A stretch of 64,000 nt of DNA from the human T2T-CHM13v2.0 reference genome, Homo sapiens, in assembly GCF_009914755.1 (NCBI RefSeq), contig NC_060931.1; one strand, given 5' to 3'. The notes under the pieces were generated by a model. The model searched no databases. It was not told the DNA's origin and worked only from the letters and a program-made list of their open reading frames with translations. Shown in pieces: positions 17,005 through 31,288 of this stretch. Numbering within the stretch: the first letter of the stretch is position 1; each line of letters starts with the position of its first letter. A program made the translations under genes and the position numbers.

Positions 17005-17190
17005 GGATACAACCCTGACTTAAATGTAATGGCATATTATAATCACCTGGGAGTTTTTTAAAAATAAATTATCTATGTCCAAGCTCCACCTCAGACTGAG
17101 TCAGAATGTCCAGGGGCTAGGACTGGGAAATGGTACGTTTACAAGCCCTCCCCTGCAATTTTAATGTACAACCAGGGCTGAGAGCCACTT
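17005..17190. mobile_element. MER5A hAT MITE
   Basis: CAACCCTG...AATCACCTGGGAG...CCAGGGCTGAGAGCCACT. Confidence 0.75.
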
Positions 17191-17229
17191 CCAACTGAAA
17201 CCTGGCTCTCCACTGCAGCCTTATTCAGC

Positions 17230-19718
17230 CACAGCTGTCTTCTCTCTTACATCCCTCTTCCCAGCAGGCCTGGAGACAGGGCAGGTGTTCTCGTTTCTCA
17301 CTGCCATTTCCAAATCACTATCTCATCTACCTCCCTAAGATCCCAGCTTCAAGTCTTATATCATCACTGCACCCATCCCTAATCCACCTTGTGGCAGGAT
17401 TAGGATACCCCCAACCTTAATCCTTAAAGATTTTAGCTCCTGGCTATGACACTCTCTCCAACATTGTTCTTGTCAAATGCATACTGATTTTAATATCTGT
17501 AGAGATCATCCTTGACCTCATCCTCTCCTCCCATAATCCAGTACTCCACTTGACCTCGGCGGTTCATTCCCACAATCATACCCCAGAACTTGTCATTACC
17601 AATAGCTGACACCCTCCACAATCTCAATTTCTAGCATCCCACTCTCCTGCCATCCCTTATCTTTTCAATTCCCCTCCTCAAATATCATCACTCCAACATT
17701 TTTAAAGTCCATAATTTTTAAAGTTCCATAATCCACTGATCCTACCATCTTTTCACCATCCTTCACCCAGCTTAGAGTCTAGATCCACCGTTAAGACTCA
17801 AAGTTTCCCTCCTTCGAATATACCCTCAACTATCGTACCTCATCTTACCCTATCATTATCACCAGGAACCCCAATCCTGGATAAATCCTACTCTCTACCT
17901 AATCCGAACAAGTGAATTTGGCTGGAGGAAAAAAATAAACATAACTCTACTGACTGACCTTGCTATACACTTATGACAGCTGACTCCAAGTGGACCTTGG
18001 TACAGCCTTGTAATCACACACCATTTTAGTCTCCTGGTTGACTAGGTCACAACTTTTCCTCTTCTTACCTCTACAGCTCCTCTGCTTTCCTCAGGCTCAG
18101 CAGATGATCTTGCTTCCTAATTCACTAAGAAAACCACAGCAACAAGGATCTACCAGTTCACCTGCCAAAGTACTCTTTCCCTTTGCCTCTATGGATGCAT
18201 GCTCTGTGCTCCTAAGACCAACCCCGCCACTGCACACTAGATCCCAGTTCCTTTCATCTCCTCAGCCACATTCCAGCAATTCTCCCATCTCATGAATCAT
18301 CAATTTCCCCCTCTCTATATTAGTCACATCAGCATCAAAAACACTATAATAGCTCCCATCTTTAAAAAAAAAAAAAAGCACTCTTAATCCCATATCTTCC
18401 TTCAGCAATGGTCCCATTTCTCTACTCCTCTTTGGAAAGAAACTCTTCAAAAATAATGTCTATTTTTGCCATCTCCAATTCCTGTTTTCCCATTTTCTCT
18501 TGAAAACACACCAACTTAACTTTTAGCTCCTCACCACTCCACCAAAACAACTCCTGTGAAAGTCTTTAATGTCCTCCGTATTGTTAAAACCAAAGGTCAA
18601 TTCTCAGCGCTCATTTTACTCAATCTATTAGAGCATTCCATACAGCTGAGCAGTCCTTTCTTTGAAACAGCATCTATACTAGGTTTCCAAGACACACCAC
18701 TCACTCTTGGTTCTCCTCCTTATTGAGCAATTCTTTTCCATCTCTGTTATTGGTAAGCCTTATCCTCCCAACTCTAAACACTGGAATAGCCCAGGGCTCA
18801 CTCTGGACTTTCTCTTCTCTCTCTACACTCACTCATTCATCCCATCTCATGGCTTTAAGCCACTCCTCTATACTGACATTTATTCCTCTGAGGCCTCTTT
18901 GTATTCCAGGCTCATGTTATCACCTGCGTAGTCCACATCTCAACCTGAATGCTGAGCAGGCACCTGGAACTTGGTTGTTCAAGATTAAACTCCAGGCTTC
19001 TCCCTCTTCCTCAAACCTGCTTCTGCCACAGATCCCTTTCAATGAATGGCAACTCCAGCCTTCTATCTGCCAGGCCAAAAACTTTGTACTTTTTCTCTCA
19101 CACTTCCCAGCTTATTTTGTTGATTCTACTTTCAAAATATATCTAGATCTAGACTGACCACTTTTCGCCACCTTCATTGTCCACACTCTTAGACTAAGTT
19201 ACCATCATCTCTTCCCTGGATCATAACAGCAGCGTCCTGACAAACCTCCTGCTTCCTCCCTTACAGTCCCCTCTCAACAGAGCAACTAGTGTGATCCTTT
19301 TAAAGCCTAAATAAGACTGTTTCCTCTGCTCAAAACCCTCAAATTTCAGATGGAATCACATTCAAGGTAAAAGACGAAGTCTTTACTATGGCCTCTCTAT
19401 TGTCTCCCCTCATCTCCTTCTTTTTACCTCCTTACTCCCTCTAATCCAGTCACACTGATCTCCTTGCAGTTCTATGAGCATGTCAGACATGAGGGTCTTA
19501 TTTGGTATTCTCTCTGCCAGGAATCTTCTTCCTCCAGTTATCCACATGGCACATGCTCTCTTCTCTCTCTCTCTATCCACAGCATTTATTACCATCTAAG
19601 ATACTATGCATTTTCACATCTACTCATTTTCCATTTCCCTTCACTAGAATGTATGCAAATGGGACTTGGCCTGTCACTGAGCAGTCCTCAATTCATGTGT
19701 TGAATGAATGAATGAATG
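17230..19718 (+). mobile_element. Long L2 LINE relic
   Basis: Pyrimidine-rich L2 ORF2 remnants (AAAGGTCAATTCTCAG; CCCATCTCATGGCTTTAA; ACCATCATCTCTTCCCTGGA), ending in (TGAA)n. Confidence 0.85.
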
Positions 19719-20029
19719 GTGCTTACACTCATTAATACTACGGCAAATACAAATTAGAGAAATATGAAAAGTCATTACATACCAATCATATGCCAAAAAT
19801 TTAAGTCTGGTAAAACCAAGAGTGACCAACATCTGGAACACAGTTTTATATACCACTGCTGGGAATGTAAATTAATCCAAATACTTTACAGAACAATTTG
19901 GCAATACTAGTAAAACTGAAAATGCATATACCCTTCAGCCTAGCAATTGCAGTTCTGCATATATATCCTAGACCCCAGGGCCTACAGCAACTCCCTTACA
20001 AATACGAAAGGAAACTTGTGCAAGAATAT

Positions 20030-20532
20030 TGTATTAGTCCATTTTCACACTGCTGATAAAGACATACCCGAGGAATGGGCAAATTTACAAAAGAAAGAGG
20101 TTTAATCGACATACAGTTCCACAGGACTGGGGAGGCCTCACAATCACGGCGGAAGACAAGGAAGAGCAAGTCACATCTCACATGGAAGCCTGCCTTGGCT
20201 TCCCAGAGTGCTGGGATTAAGGTATGAGCCACCGCACCCGGCCAGAAACTTACTTGATTAAAATTTCTTTCCAAACTTCATAAATAACAATCGCCAGTTT
20301 CTTCTAATTGAAATGAACGGTAAAGAGGCAAAGAGAAAATGAACCAGCAGGGGAAATGCCAGATGCTTATAAAACCATCAGATCTTGTGAGAATTCACAC
20401 TATCACAAGAACAGTATGGGGGGAACCGCCCCCAATGATTCAATTATCTCCACCTGGCCCCGCCATTGACATATGCGGAATATTATAATTCAAGGTGAGA
20501 TTTGGGTAGGGACACAGAACCAAACCATATCA
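20030..20532 (-). mobile_element. THE1 (C/D-like) solo LTR carrying a 138-bp foreign insert
   Basis: TGTATTAGTCCATTTTCACACTGCTGATAAAGACATACC...CCAAACCATATCA; TSD AATAT/GATAT. Confidence 0.9.
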
Positions 20533-20947
20533 GATATTCACTGCCATTGTCTATAAAAGCAAATTAACCAGAAACTTGACTATCATCAGGAAATGTATAA
20601 ACTATAATAGAAGCATACAATGGAATACTACACAGCACCTAAAATGAATGACCAAACTACAAATATCAACATGACTGTAGTTCAAAATCACAAGGCTGAA
20701 CTAATAAAAAGCAAACTGCAGAATGATATGTAAGGTATGATGGTGTGTGTGTAGGCTACATCCATATATAATAAAATAAAAATAAAAATGTTGATATATA
20801 CATATGTGTGTGTATATATATGTATATATATAGACAGTGGTTATTTCTGAGCAGGAAGGAAGACAGAAAAAGAGAATCAGGGAAGATTACACAGGGTGCT
20901 TCAACTGTATCCATTTTGTTTTCTTTCTTTACAAAAAAGAAAAGCCT

Positions 20948-21330
<383 letters not shown>

Positions 21331-21376
21331 TTATTCTCTAAATTCTTCTGTATGCTTAACATATTCATAATTTTAA

Positions 21377-21688
<312 letters not shown>

Positions 21689-24253
21689 GGAAACTTATTT
21701 GATTAAAATTTCTTTCCAAACTTCATAAATGACAATTGCCAGCTTCTTCTAATTGAAATGAATGGTAAAGCTGTCAGGGCTTTCCTGAAAATTCTGGAAT
21801 TCCACAAGAAAAGATTTGGCTGCCCTCACACTCAGTATTCCATCTCAGCTTCTTTTCCTTAAAAAGTCCTTCCATGGCACATTTCTATTTAAATATTAAT
21901 CATCTGTAAACATTCCCACATAAATGCACTGCCCTACGCAAGGGCTGTGAAATGGAAATGCAATCTGAAGCAGACATACCACAGCAAAAGGCACCAAGAC
22001 TCATGTGAGCATCTAAAATCACCAGTTGCCACGGATGACTAATATAAAGGTAGATAGCAGCTCTTTCATTTAGGGACATGAGTTTCCGAATCACAGCAAG
22101 AGAAGGATAATCTCTTCTGCATTCTCAGACATTTTACCAAAACCAGAAAGCGCCTATGTTAGCTCAAATCAGTAGAAAAATTACCAAGATCACTTATTAA
22201 TTAGATTAATACAGGATGAAAGTCCAGAAACATTAAAGCATAACCTATAGAAAAACTGACTTTGCAAAGTCAAAACACATTTATGGCATCATAGACAATA
22301 TGAAAAACAAACGTTTAGCCAGTAGGTAAATCAGAAAGGTTAATTTCAGTGATAATTAATTTCAGTGGTGTCAATACAACCAACTTAAAACGCTTTTTTT
22401 TCCAGGAACTCACTGCTTGCTAACCAACTTGTTCTTACAGGCAAGTCTACCTTTTTTAAATCTCAAATGTGAAAACTGATACACAATTTACAGATGCAGA
22501 GGTATAAGACCAGCTCATTGGTATAAATGACAAACCTCTCAATGCCATGGTTTCCTTGTTGTAATTCAAGGTTTCCTCGTTATAATTCAACACAGATATT
22601 GAAAACTTGTCATCCACTAATATTTATATAATACCTTTGAGACTCATAGGACAAAAGGCAATGCAAAGCCTCCTATACATAACCATAGTAAAGGTTTAGA
22701 GTTGATGCAGTAGGCTGCCATGAGCCAACAGTGACGCCAGCCAACTAGCTCTGACAACCTTATTATGCTAATCATTTGTATAAATTGTTAGTGGCTGTGA
22801 GATGTGAATCATAAATAGCATACCATACTTACACATGATCTTTGGTTCCCAGTTTTAAAGGACACTAAGCTAAGCTAGAATATGTTTTAAAAGTCCATTA
22901 TCAGTTCTCACTGATTAAATCATTTAACAATTAGATACGGCTTGAAGGTTACACCATCAAGCACACATTTTTCCACCACACAAATTATCCATCTGCATAA
23001 AGGCTGATAAATCCATTCTGAAAAGTGAACATTTGAAAATCACAAGCCCTCACTGCCACCATCTTATATTAGCATAAATATTCTTGCAATTGTCAACCAG
23101 AAAGTTTTACATTTCTCAGTACTTTATTTTAGCACTGAAGTGACATCTAGGGCTTGGGAAAACTCAGAACAGCGTGGGTTAGGAAAGCTACAATTATATC
23201 TTGACTGCCTTCACCAAATTACAGGAGTGGGAGGTACAGACATTAATTGAGACACTCGTAAAAGAACACACCCTTAAAAATGAACCCTGCACTCCAATAC
23301 ACTTTTTCTGGATTAAATCCAGAAAAAAAACACATATACCCCTCAGTTAGTGAATTTTACAGAGAGCACAGCAACAAGAAGTACCTAGTTCATAACTCCT
23401 TGAGAGGAGAAATTCATGCATCTTTCTGGCTGTAACCAAGGTAGTTATTATGATTTAATTAGAAGTTCTTATTCACTTTATTAATTACAGAGTTAATTAT
23501 GTCTGTTTAAAGTGAACTGTGGGATTTGCAGAGCCAACCTACTATTTGTTTTTTTTAAAAAGTGAAGATGTTTTAAGTACTAATTAGCAAAGGTATGTTT
23601 TATATTTGCTCCTAGTACAGTTTCCAGTCTTGAAAGATTAGATTTCCACTTGACTCTCTAACACAGACAGCAAAACTGTCACGCAGACATGAGAAGCAAA
23701 TGTAAAACAATTGTGATAGAGAATGTTTTGTTTCAATATGTCCTACACAGAAGCTTATTTGATGGCTTCAAAGTGACACTAAGCATATTTAGAATGCTGT
23801 CAACATCCCAATACCTAATTAGCATATCATCAACAGTATCATTTCAGAACTAGAGCTATCTTAGAAGTTATGGCCAAAGGCACTTGAGAAATATGTTGAA
23901 AGAGAAATTAAGCAGGAGGTGCGGAATTCTTGAGGCATGATTAGAGTCAGTCTTACAAAAAAAGTCAGATACACAAATGCAAGGGCTTGGGATTATTTTA
24001 GGTATGATTTTGGTTTGTCCTTTGACTTTTCATCTAGTAGCTATTAAGTATACATATATCTTTATCATCGCTTTGTAAGCACTCTAAGGACAAGTGAAGA
24101 CTTAACTTCAACCTCTTTAGTGTCCTCGTTAAAAAATAAAAACATGAAGTCCAAGTATTCATACGGCAAAAAAACAAAAATCAAGACTGTACCAGCAAAT
24201 CCAGGATGCTCAATGGCTTTAATGGAGCTTGTCCAAATTGGCCTCTTAATATT

Positions 24254-24272
24254 TAGCACCATCTAGTGGCAA
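24254..24272 (-). promoter_or_regulatory. Candidate CTCF site
   Basis: The minus strand reads TTGCCACTAGATGGTGCTA, a close match to the CTCF core CCACYAGRKGGCRC; motif evidence only. Confidence 0.45.
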
Positions 24273-24632
24273 ATCTATTTTTTAAGTTGGAGAAAAAATA
24301 TGGACCACAATCATACGTATGGAAAAACCTCGATCAGTAATAATATTTCAACATCGGTACAAATTAATGCTTTTGATAGCTGTTGAATACAGATGATAGC
24401 TAACATGGGTATCCACTACCTATCTAACAGGCTCTTTAAATCTGTATATACATAAAATTTTCTATAACAAAAGAACAAAAAAAGAAAGCCTCTGAAAGTA
24501 GTCTGATTTGTCTCATAGAAAATTCTTCTAGACCCATATTCTGACTCATTCCGGCCTGAGATTTCAAATACGTTACCATCACAGAAAAAAACTGACAAAG
24601 ATGCCCTAATCAGCTTTTATAAAAATGTAGGC

Positions 24633-24663
<31 letters not shown>

Positions 24664-24700
24664 CACGTATATATATGTACACATATATACGTGTATATAT

Positions 24701-24738
<38 letters not shown>
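24633..24738. repeat. (TA)n-(TACG/TATG)-(TG)n compound microsatellite
   Basis: Read directly. Confidence 0.97.
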
Positions 24739-24740
<2 letters not shown>

Positions 24741-25206
24741 GAGTAAGGTACCTAAATAGCTACTTTAATATTCAATGCTCACACTAACCTTTCTGCATTT
24801 TCTTACAATAGTCCTATTTTAAAGAAAAAACAAACTGGCAAATGTTGTTTATAGTTTACAAGTGTAGTGAGTTAAGAAAATGAAGCCATAGCAACACTGG
24901 CCACAGCACCCAAAACAAACACCTCCCTACTAGGTGCTCTGTAAAGAAGTAGGTACATCTCAGGCTGTTACTGGAAGCACAGAAGACTTCCCTCGACTCA
25001 CAGCAATGATGCCATAAACAAAGCATTTTGCCAACAGTAGTAATAAGCTTATGCTGGTAAATCCTGCCTATCTCACCTGCTTTCCCTCCTACAAAAGCAA
25101 GCAAGCTATAAACAAAACCAAAAAGTTTTTGTTAAAACTTACAGCAATATATTTTGAAGATTCTTTTTCATAACAAAGTTGAAATACCTCCTTGTCACAA
25201 AATTAT

Positions 25207-28200
25207 CTTTTTTACTTTTTAAAATCTTTTTGAACTTTTTAGGTCTGTGGTATATGTGCAGATTTTTTACATGGGTATACTGCATGTCACTGGGGTTTGG
25301 TGAACAAATGATTTCATTTCCCAGGTAGTAAGCATAGTACCCAATAGGTAGTTTTTTCAACCCTCACCCTCCTCCCACTCTCCATCCTCAAATCCTCCAT
25401 CAACAGCCCCAGTGTCTGTTGTTCCCCTTCGTGTCTTCATGCATTCACTGTTTAGCTCTCACTTATAAGTGAGAATGTGTGGTATTTGGTTTTCTATTCC
25501 TGTGTTAATTTGCTTAGGATAATGGCCTCCAGCTGCATTCATGTTGCTGTAAAGGACATGATTCTGCTCTTTTTTATGGCCACACAGTATTCCATGGTGT
25601 GTATGTACCAAATTTTATTTATCCAGTCCACCACTGATGGGCACCTGGGTGCCCATATCTTTGCTATTGTGAATAGTGCTGCAATAAATGTACAAATGTA
25701 TGTGTCTTCTTGGTAGAACAATTTACATTCCTTTGGGGTTCAGTAATGAGATTGGTAGTTCTGTTTTTAGTTGAGGAATAGTCACAACTGCTTTCCATAA
25801 TGGTTGAACAAATTTAACTCCCACCAGCAGTGTATATGCATTCCCTTTTCTCTGCAACCTTGCCAGCATCTGTTATTGAGTTGTTAATAGCCACTCTGAC
25901 TGGTGTGAGATAGTATCTCATTGTAGTTTTCATTTGCATTTCTCTAATAATTAGTGATAGTGAGCATTTTTTCATGTTTGTTGGCCATATATATGTCTTC
26001 TTTTAAAGTGTCTGTTCATGTCCCCTGCCCACTCTTTAATGGGGTTGTTTTCTGCTTGTAAGTTTGCTTAAGTTCCTTATAGATTCTGGATATTAGATCA
26101 TTGTCAGATGAATAGTTTGCAAATATTTTCTCCCACTCTGTAGGGTATCTGTTTACTCTGTTGATAGTTTCTTTCACTGTGCAGAAGCTCCTTACTTTTA
26201 GGTCTCGCTTATCTATTTTTGTTTTGTTGCAATTGCTTTGGAAAACTGTCAAGAAATCTTTGCCAAGGCCTATGTCCAGAATGTTGGACCTATGACAAAA
26301 CCTACGACATAACTGTCCTAGGTATTCTTCTAAAGTTTTTATAGTTTTAGATTTTACATTTAAGTCTTTAATCCATCTTAATTTTTGTATATGATGAAAG
26401 GCAGGGGTCCAGTTTCATTGCTCTGTATATGGCGAGCCAGTTATTCCAGCACTATCTATTGAATAGGGGACTCTTTTCCCCATTGCTTACTGTTGTCAAC
26501 GTTGTTGAAGATCAGATGATTGTAGGTATGCAGCTTTATTTCCAGGCTCTCTATTCTGTTCCATTGGTCTATGTGTCTGTCTTTCTACCGGTACTATGCT
26601 GTTTTGGTTACTGTAGCCTTGTAGCATAGTTTGAAGTCGGATAATATGATGCCTCCAACTTTGTTCTTTCTGCTTAGGATTGCTTTAGCCATTTTTGGGT
26701 TCAATCTTGGGGGGTTGTATGTTTCCAGAAATTTATCCATTTATTCTAGGTTTTCTAGTTTCTCTACATAGGGGTGTTCATAATAGTCTCTGAGGGTTTT
26801 TGTGTTTCTGTGGGGTTGGTGGTAACGTCACCTTTGTCGTATCTGATTGTGTTTATTTGGATTTTCTCTTTATCAAACTAGCTAGCAATCTATCAATCTT
26901 ATTTATTCTTTCAAAGAACCAACTTTTGGTTTCGTTGGTCTTTTGTATGGATTTTCATGTCTCAATCAGTTCAGCTCTGATTTTGGTTATCGCTTTTCTT
27001 CTGCTAGTTTTGAGGTTGGTTTGCTCTTGTTTTTCTAGAGTTCCTCTAGGTGTGGTGTTGGGTCATTAATTTTAGATCTTTCTAAGTTCTTGATGTAGGC
27101 ATTTAGCACTATAAACTTTCCTCTTAACCTTTAGTTGTGTCCCAAGGATTCTAGTATGTTGTGTCTTTGTTTTCATTAGTTTCAAATATTTTTCTGCCTT
27201 AATTTCATTCTTTACCCAAAAGTCATTCAGGAACAGGCTGTTTAATTTCCATGTAATTGTATGGTTTGGGGATCTTCTTGGTATTGAGTTCTATTTTTAT
27301 TGCACTGTGGTCTGACAGTGTGGTTAGCATGATTTCGGTTTTTGTCTGTTTTAGAATTGCTTTATGGCCAAGCATGTGGTCAATATTAGCATAGGTACCA
27401 TGTATAAATTAGAAGAATGTATATTCTGTTTTTGTTGGGTGAAGTATTCTGTAGATGTCTGTTAGGTCCATTTGGTCAAGTGTCAAGTTTTGGTCCCAAA
27501 TATCTTTATTAGTTTTCTGCATTGATGCTCTAACACTGTCAGCAGGGTATTGAAGTCTCCCACTATTGTTGTGTGGTCATCTAAGTTTCTTTGCAGGTCT
27601 CTAAGAATTTGTTTTATGAATCTGGGTGCTCTAGTGTTGGGTGCATATATATTTAGGATCATTAAATCTTCTAGTTGAATTGAATCTTTTATCATCCACT
27701 ATGTAATGCCCTTCTTTGTCCTTTTTTATTATTATTGTTGGTTTAAAGTCGGTTTTGTCTGAAATAAAAATAGCAATCCCTGCTCTGTTTTGTTTGTTTT
27801 CTGTTTGCTTACTTGACAGGTCTTTCTCCATCCCTTCACTTTGAGCCTATGGATGTCACTGCATGCAAGATGAGTCTCTTGAAAACAGCATATAGTTGGG
27901 TCTTGCTTCTTTATCCAATTAGCCACTCTTTTAAGTAGGTCATTTACATTCAAGGTTAATATTGCTATGTGAGAATTTCATCCTGTCATGTTATTAGCTA
28001 GTTGTTATGTAGATAATATACTTGCTTTATTGTGTCAGTGGGCTATGTACTTAAGTGTGTTTTTGTGGTGGCAGGTACCAGTATTTAATTTCCATGTTTA
28101 GCACTCCCTTAAGGACCTCTTGTAAGTCTGCTGGTAACAAATTCTCTTAGCATTTGCTTGCCTGAAAAGGATTTTATTTTTCTTTCGCTTATAAAGCTTA

Positions 28201-30203
28201 GTTTGGCCAGACATAAAATTCTTGCTTGGAATTTCTTTTCTTTAAGGATGCTGAATATAATCCCTTCTGGCATGTAAGGTTTCTGCTGAAAGGCCTCCTA
28301 TTAGCTGGATGGGGCTACCTTAGTATGTGGCCTGCACCTTCTATATAGCTGCCTTGAAGATATTTTCTCTCATGATGACTTTGGACAACCTGGTGACTAT
28401 GTGTCTTGGGGAAGGTCATCTTGTATAGTATGTGGGTATGGTACAGGGCTTCTCTGAACTTCCTAAATTTGCATGTCCCTCTATAGCAAGGTTGGGGAAA
28501 TTTTCACGGAAGATATCCTCAATTATGTTTTCCAAGTCACTGCTCTCCCCCCATCTCTTTCAGGAATGCCAATGAGTCACAGGTTTGGTCTCTTTACATA
28601 ATCCCATATTTTTTGGAGGTTTTGTTCATTTTTTAACTCTTTTTTCATTTTTGTCTACCTGCATTGATTCAAAGGAGCAGTCTTCAAGTTCTGAGATTCC
28701 TTCCTCAGCTTGATCTATTCTGTTATTAACACTTCCAATTGCATTCTGAAATTCCTGTAGTAAATTTTCATTTCTGGAAGTTCAGTTTGGTTCTTTCTTA
28801 AAATGGCTTTGTGGTCTTTCAACTCTTGCACTCTTACTGTGTTCCCTGGATTGGGTTTCAACCTTCTCCTCTATGTCGACTAGCTTCCTTGCTATCCAGA
28901 TTCTGAATTCTATGTCTGTCATTTCAGTCTTTTCAGCCTGGTTAAGAACCATTGCTGGGGAGCTAGTGCAGTCGTTTGGAGGTTAAAAAAACACTCTGGC
29001 TTTTAGAGTTGCCAGAGTTCTTGCACTGGTTCTTTCTTACCTGTGTGGGCTGATATCCTGTAATCTTTGAAGTTGTTACTTTTTGCATGGGACTTCTTGC
29101 TTTTTATATTCTTTGATGCTCCTGAAAGTTTGACTAATATTTGTTTGGTTTAGTCAACTGGCTTCATTGTGGATGCTTTCAGGAGGCCAAGGCTCAACAG
29201 AGCACTCCTGGGCTACATGCTCTAATCCTTGTGGTGCTGGGACCAGGCCTGTGGCTTTATTTTCTGGCTCCTTGAGGTTAAGTACCTACTGCTCTGAAGG
29301 AGCTGAGATGTTCCCGGTCCACTGGCAACAACACTCCGATGGCAGCTGCCAGCAAAAGAACTCTGGTGGGGCAGCAATAGGCTCCCACGCACATGCATGC
29401 CTGCAGAGTGGCACGGGGAAGCTGTGGGCAAATGCACACTGGCAGGAGAAGGCTGCAGGTGGGCACGTGCCAGCAGGGGAAGGCTACCGGCAGGTGCACA
29501 TTGGCAGGGGTCTGGGTCCATTTGCAAAAGCACTCCAATGGACAGATACGGTCTTATGGCAAAAAGCTATAGTGATGGCTGCTGGCAAGCTGAGGCTGTG
29601 CTGCAAGCAGGTACAGCCAGGCAGGGAGGGACCCTAACAGAGGCCAGCAACGGGCAGTTGGGGGAGGTCCTCAGATCAGACTGGTCCCATTCCACAAGCA
29701 AGCCAGCCCTCTATTGTCCAGGTCTGGCAGCCAACAAAGGCTAGAGCTGCCTAGAGGAGTATGGTGTTATGGATATCCACAGCCATGCTCCACTGCAACT
29801 GTTCCCACAACAAACCCTCTGGGCTCCATGCAGGCTAGAGTTCCATCTCTGTCAACTCTCCAGGAAGTTCTTCCTGCCAGCTCAGATGTTCATGAGAATC
29901 ATGGGGTCTCCCACAGGTAGGCTCCCAGAGGTCCGCGGCAAGAGTGGGCCACTCCACATCAATTTCACTCACCCCATCCCTAGGAGCGACTCAGGGCCAG
30001 CGACAAACCGACAAACCGTGGTGCTTGGCAACCCTGTGCAGGGTTTCCAGCTTCCTCCCCTTTCAGCCTGGTATCTGCATCCTCCCTCTGTCCACTCTCA
30101 ATGCCTTCTTTCCAAAGATCTGTTCAGAGTGTGCTGGCCTACTTGATGGCCTGGTCTCAGTGGGAGAGGCTCTTCCTAGCTGCCTCTAGATAGCCATCTT
30201 GCT
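25207..30203 (-). mobile_element. L1PA15/16-like LINE-1, 5' end intact, internal ORF2 deletion, inactive
   Basis: 3' UTR at 25225-25480; EN-domain remnants (ILNIYAPNTRAPRFIKQ..IVGDFNT; DPTICCFQETHL); ORF1 and GC-rich 5' UTR ending GCAAGATGGCTA; TSD TTGTC(A)CAAAATTAT at 25191 and 30206. Confidence 0.9.
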
Positions 30204-30374
30204 ATTTGTCCAAAATTATTGTTAAAGAATAAAGCATGAAAGCAATTTTCATAACTTGAATAAAAGTAAAGTTTTCATCTCCTACACTACTGGAAAAAAA
30301 AAATCTCTTTTACACAAATACTTAGAGTATTTTGATTCAAAAGCTAAAAAAGTATATATTAATATTAGAATCCA

Positions 30375-31288
<914 letters not shown>

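Noticed and set aside
22833-23017. Possible minus-strand exon (TTTTCAG ... GT|GTAAGT)
   Set aside because: Weak exonic donor context and no other support.
25207-30203. Retrotransposition-competent L1
   Set aside because: RT region deleted and both ORFs contain many stops and frameshifts.
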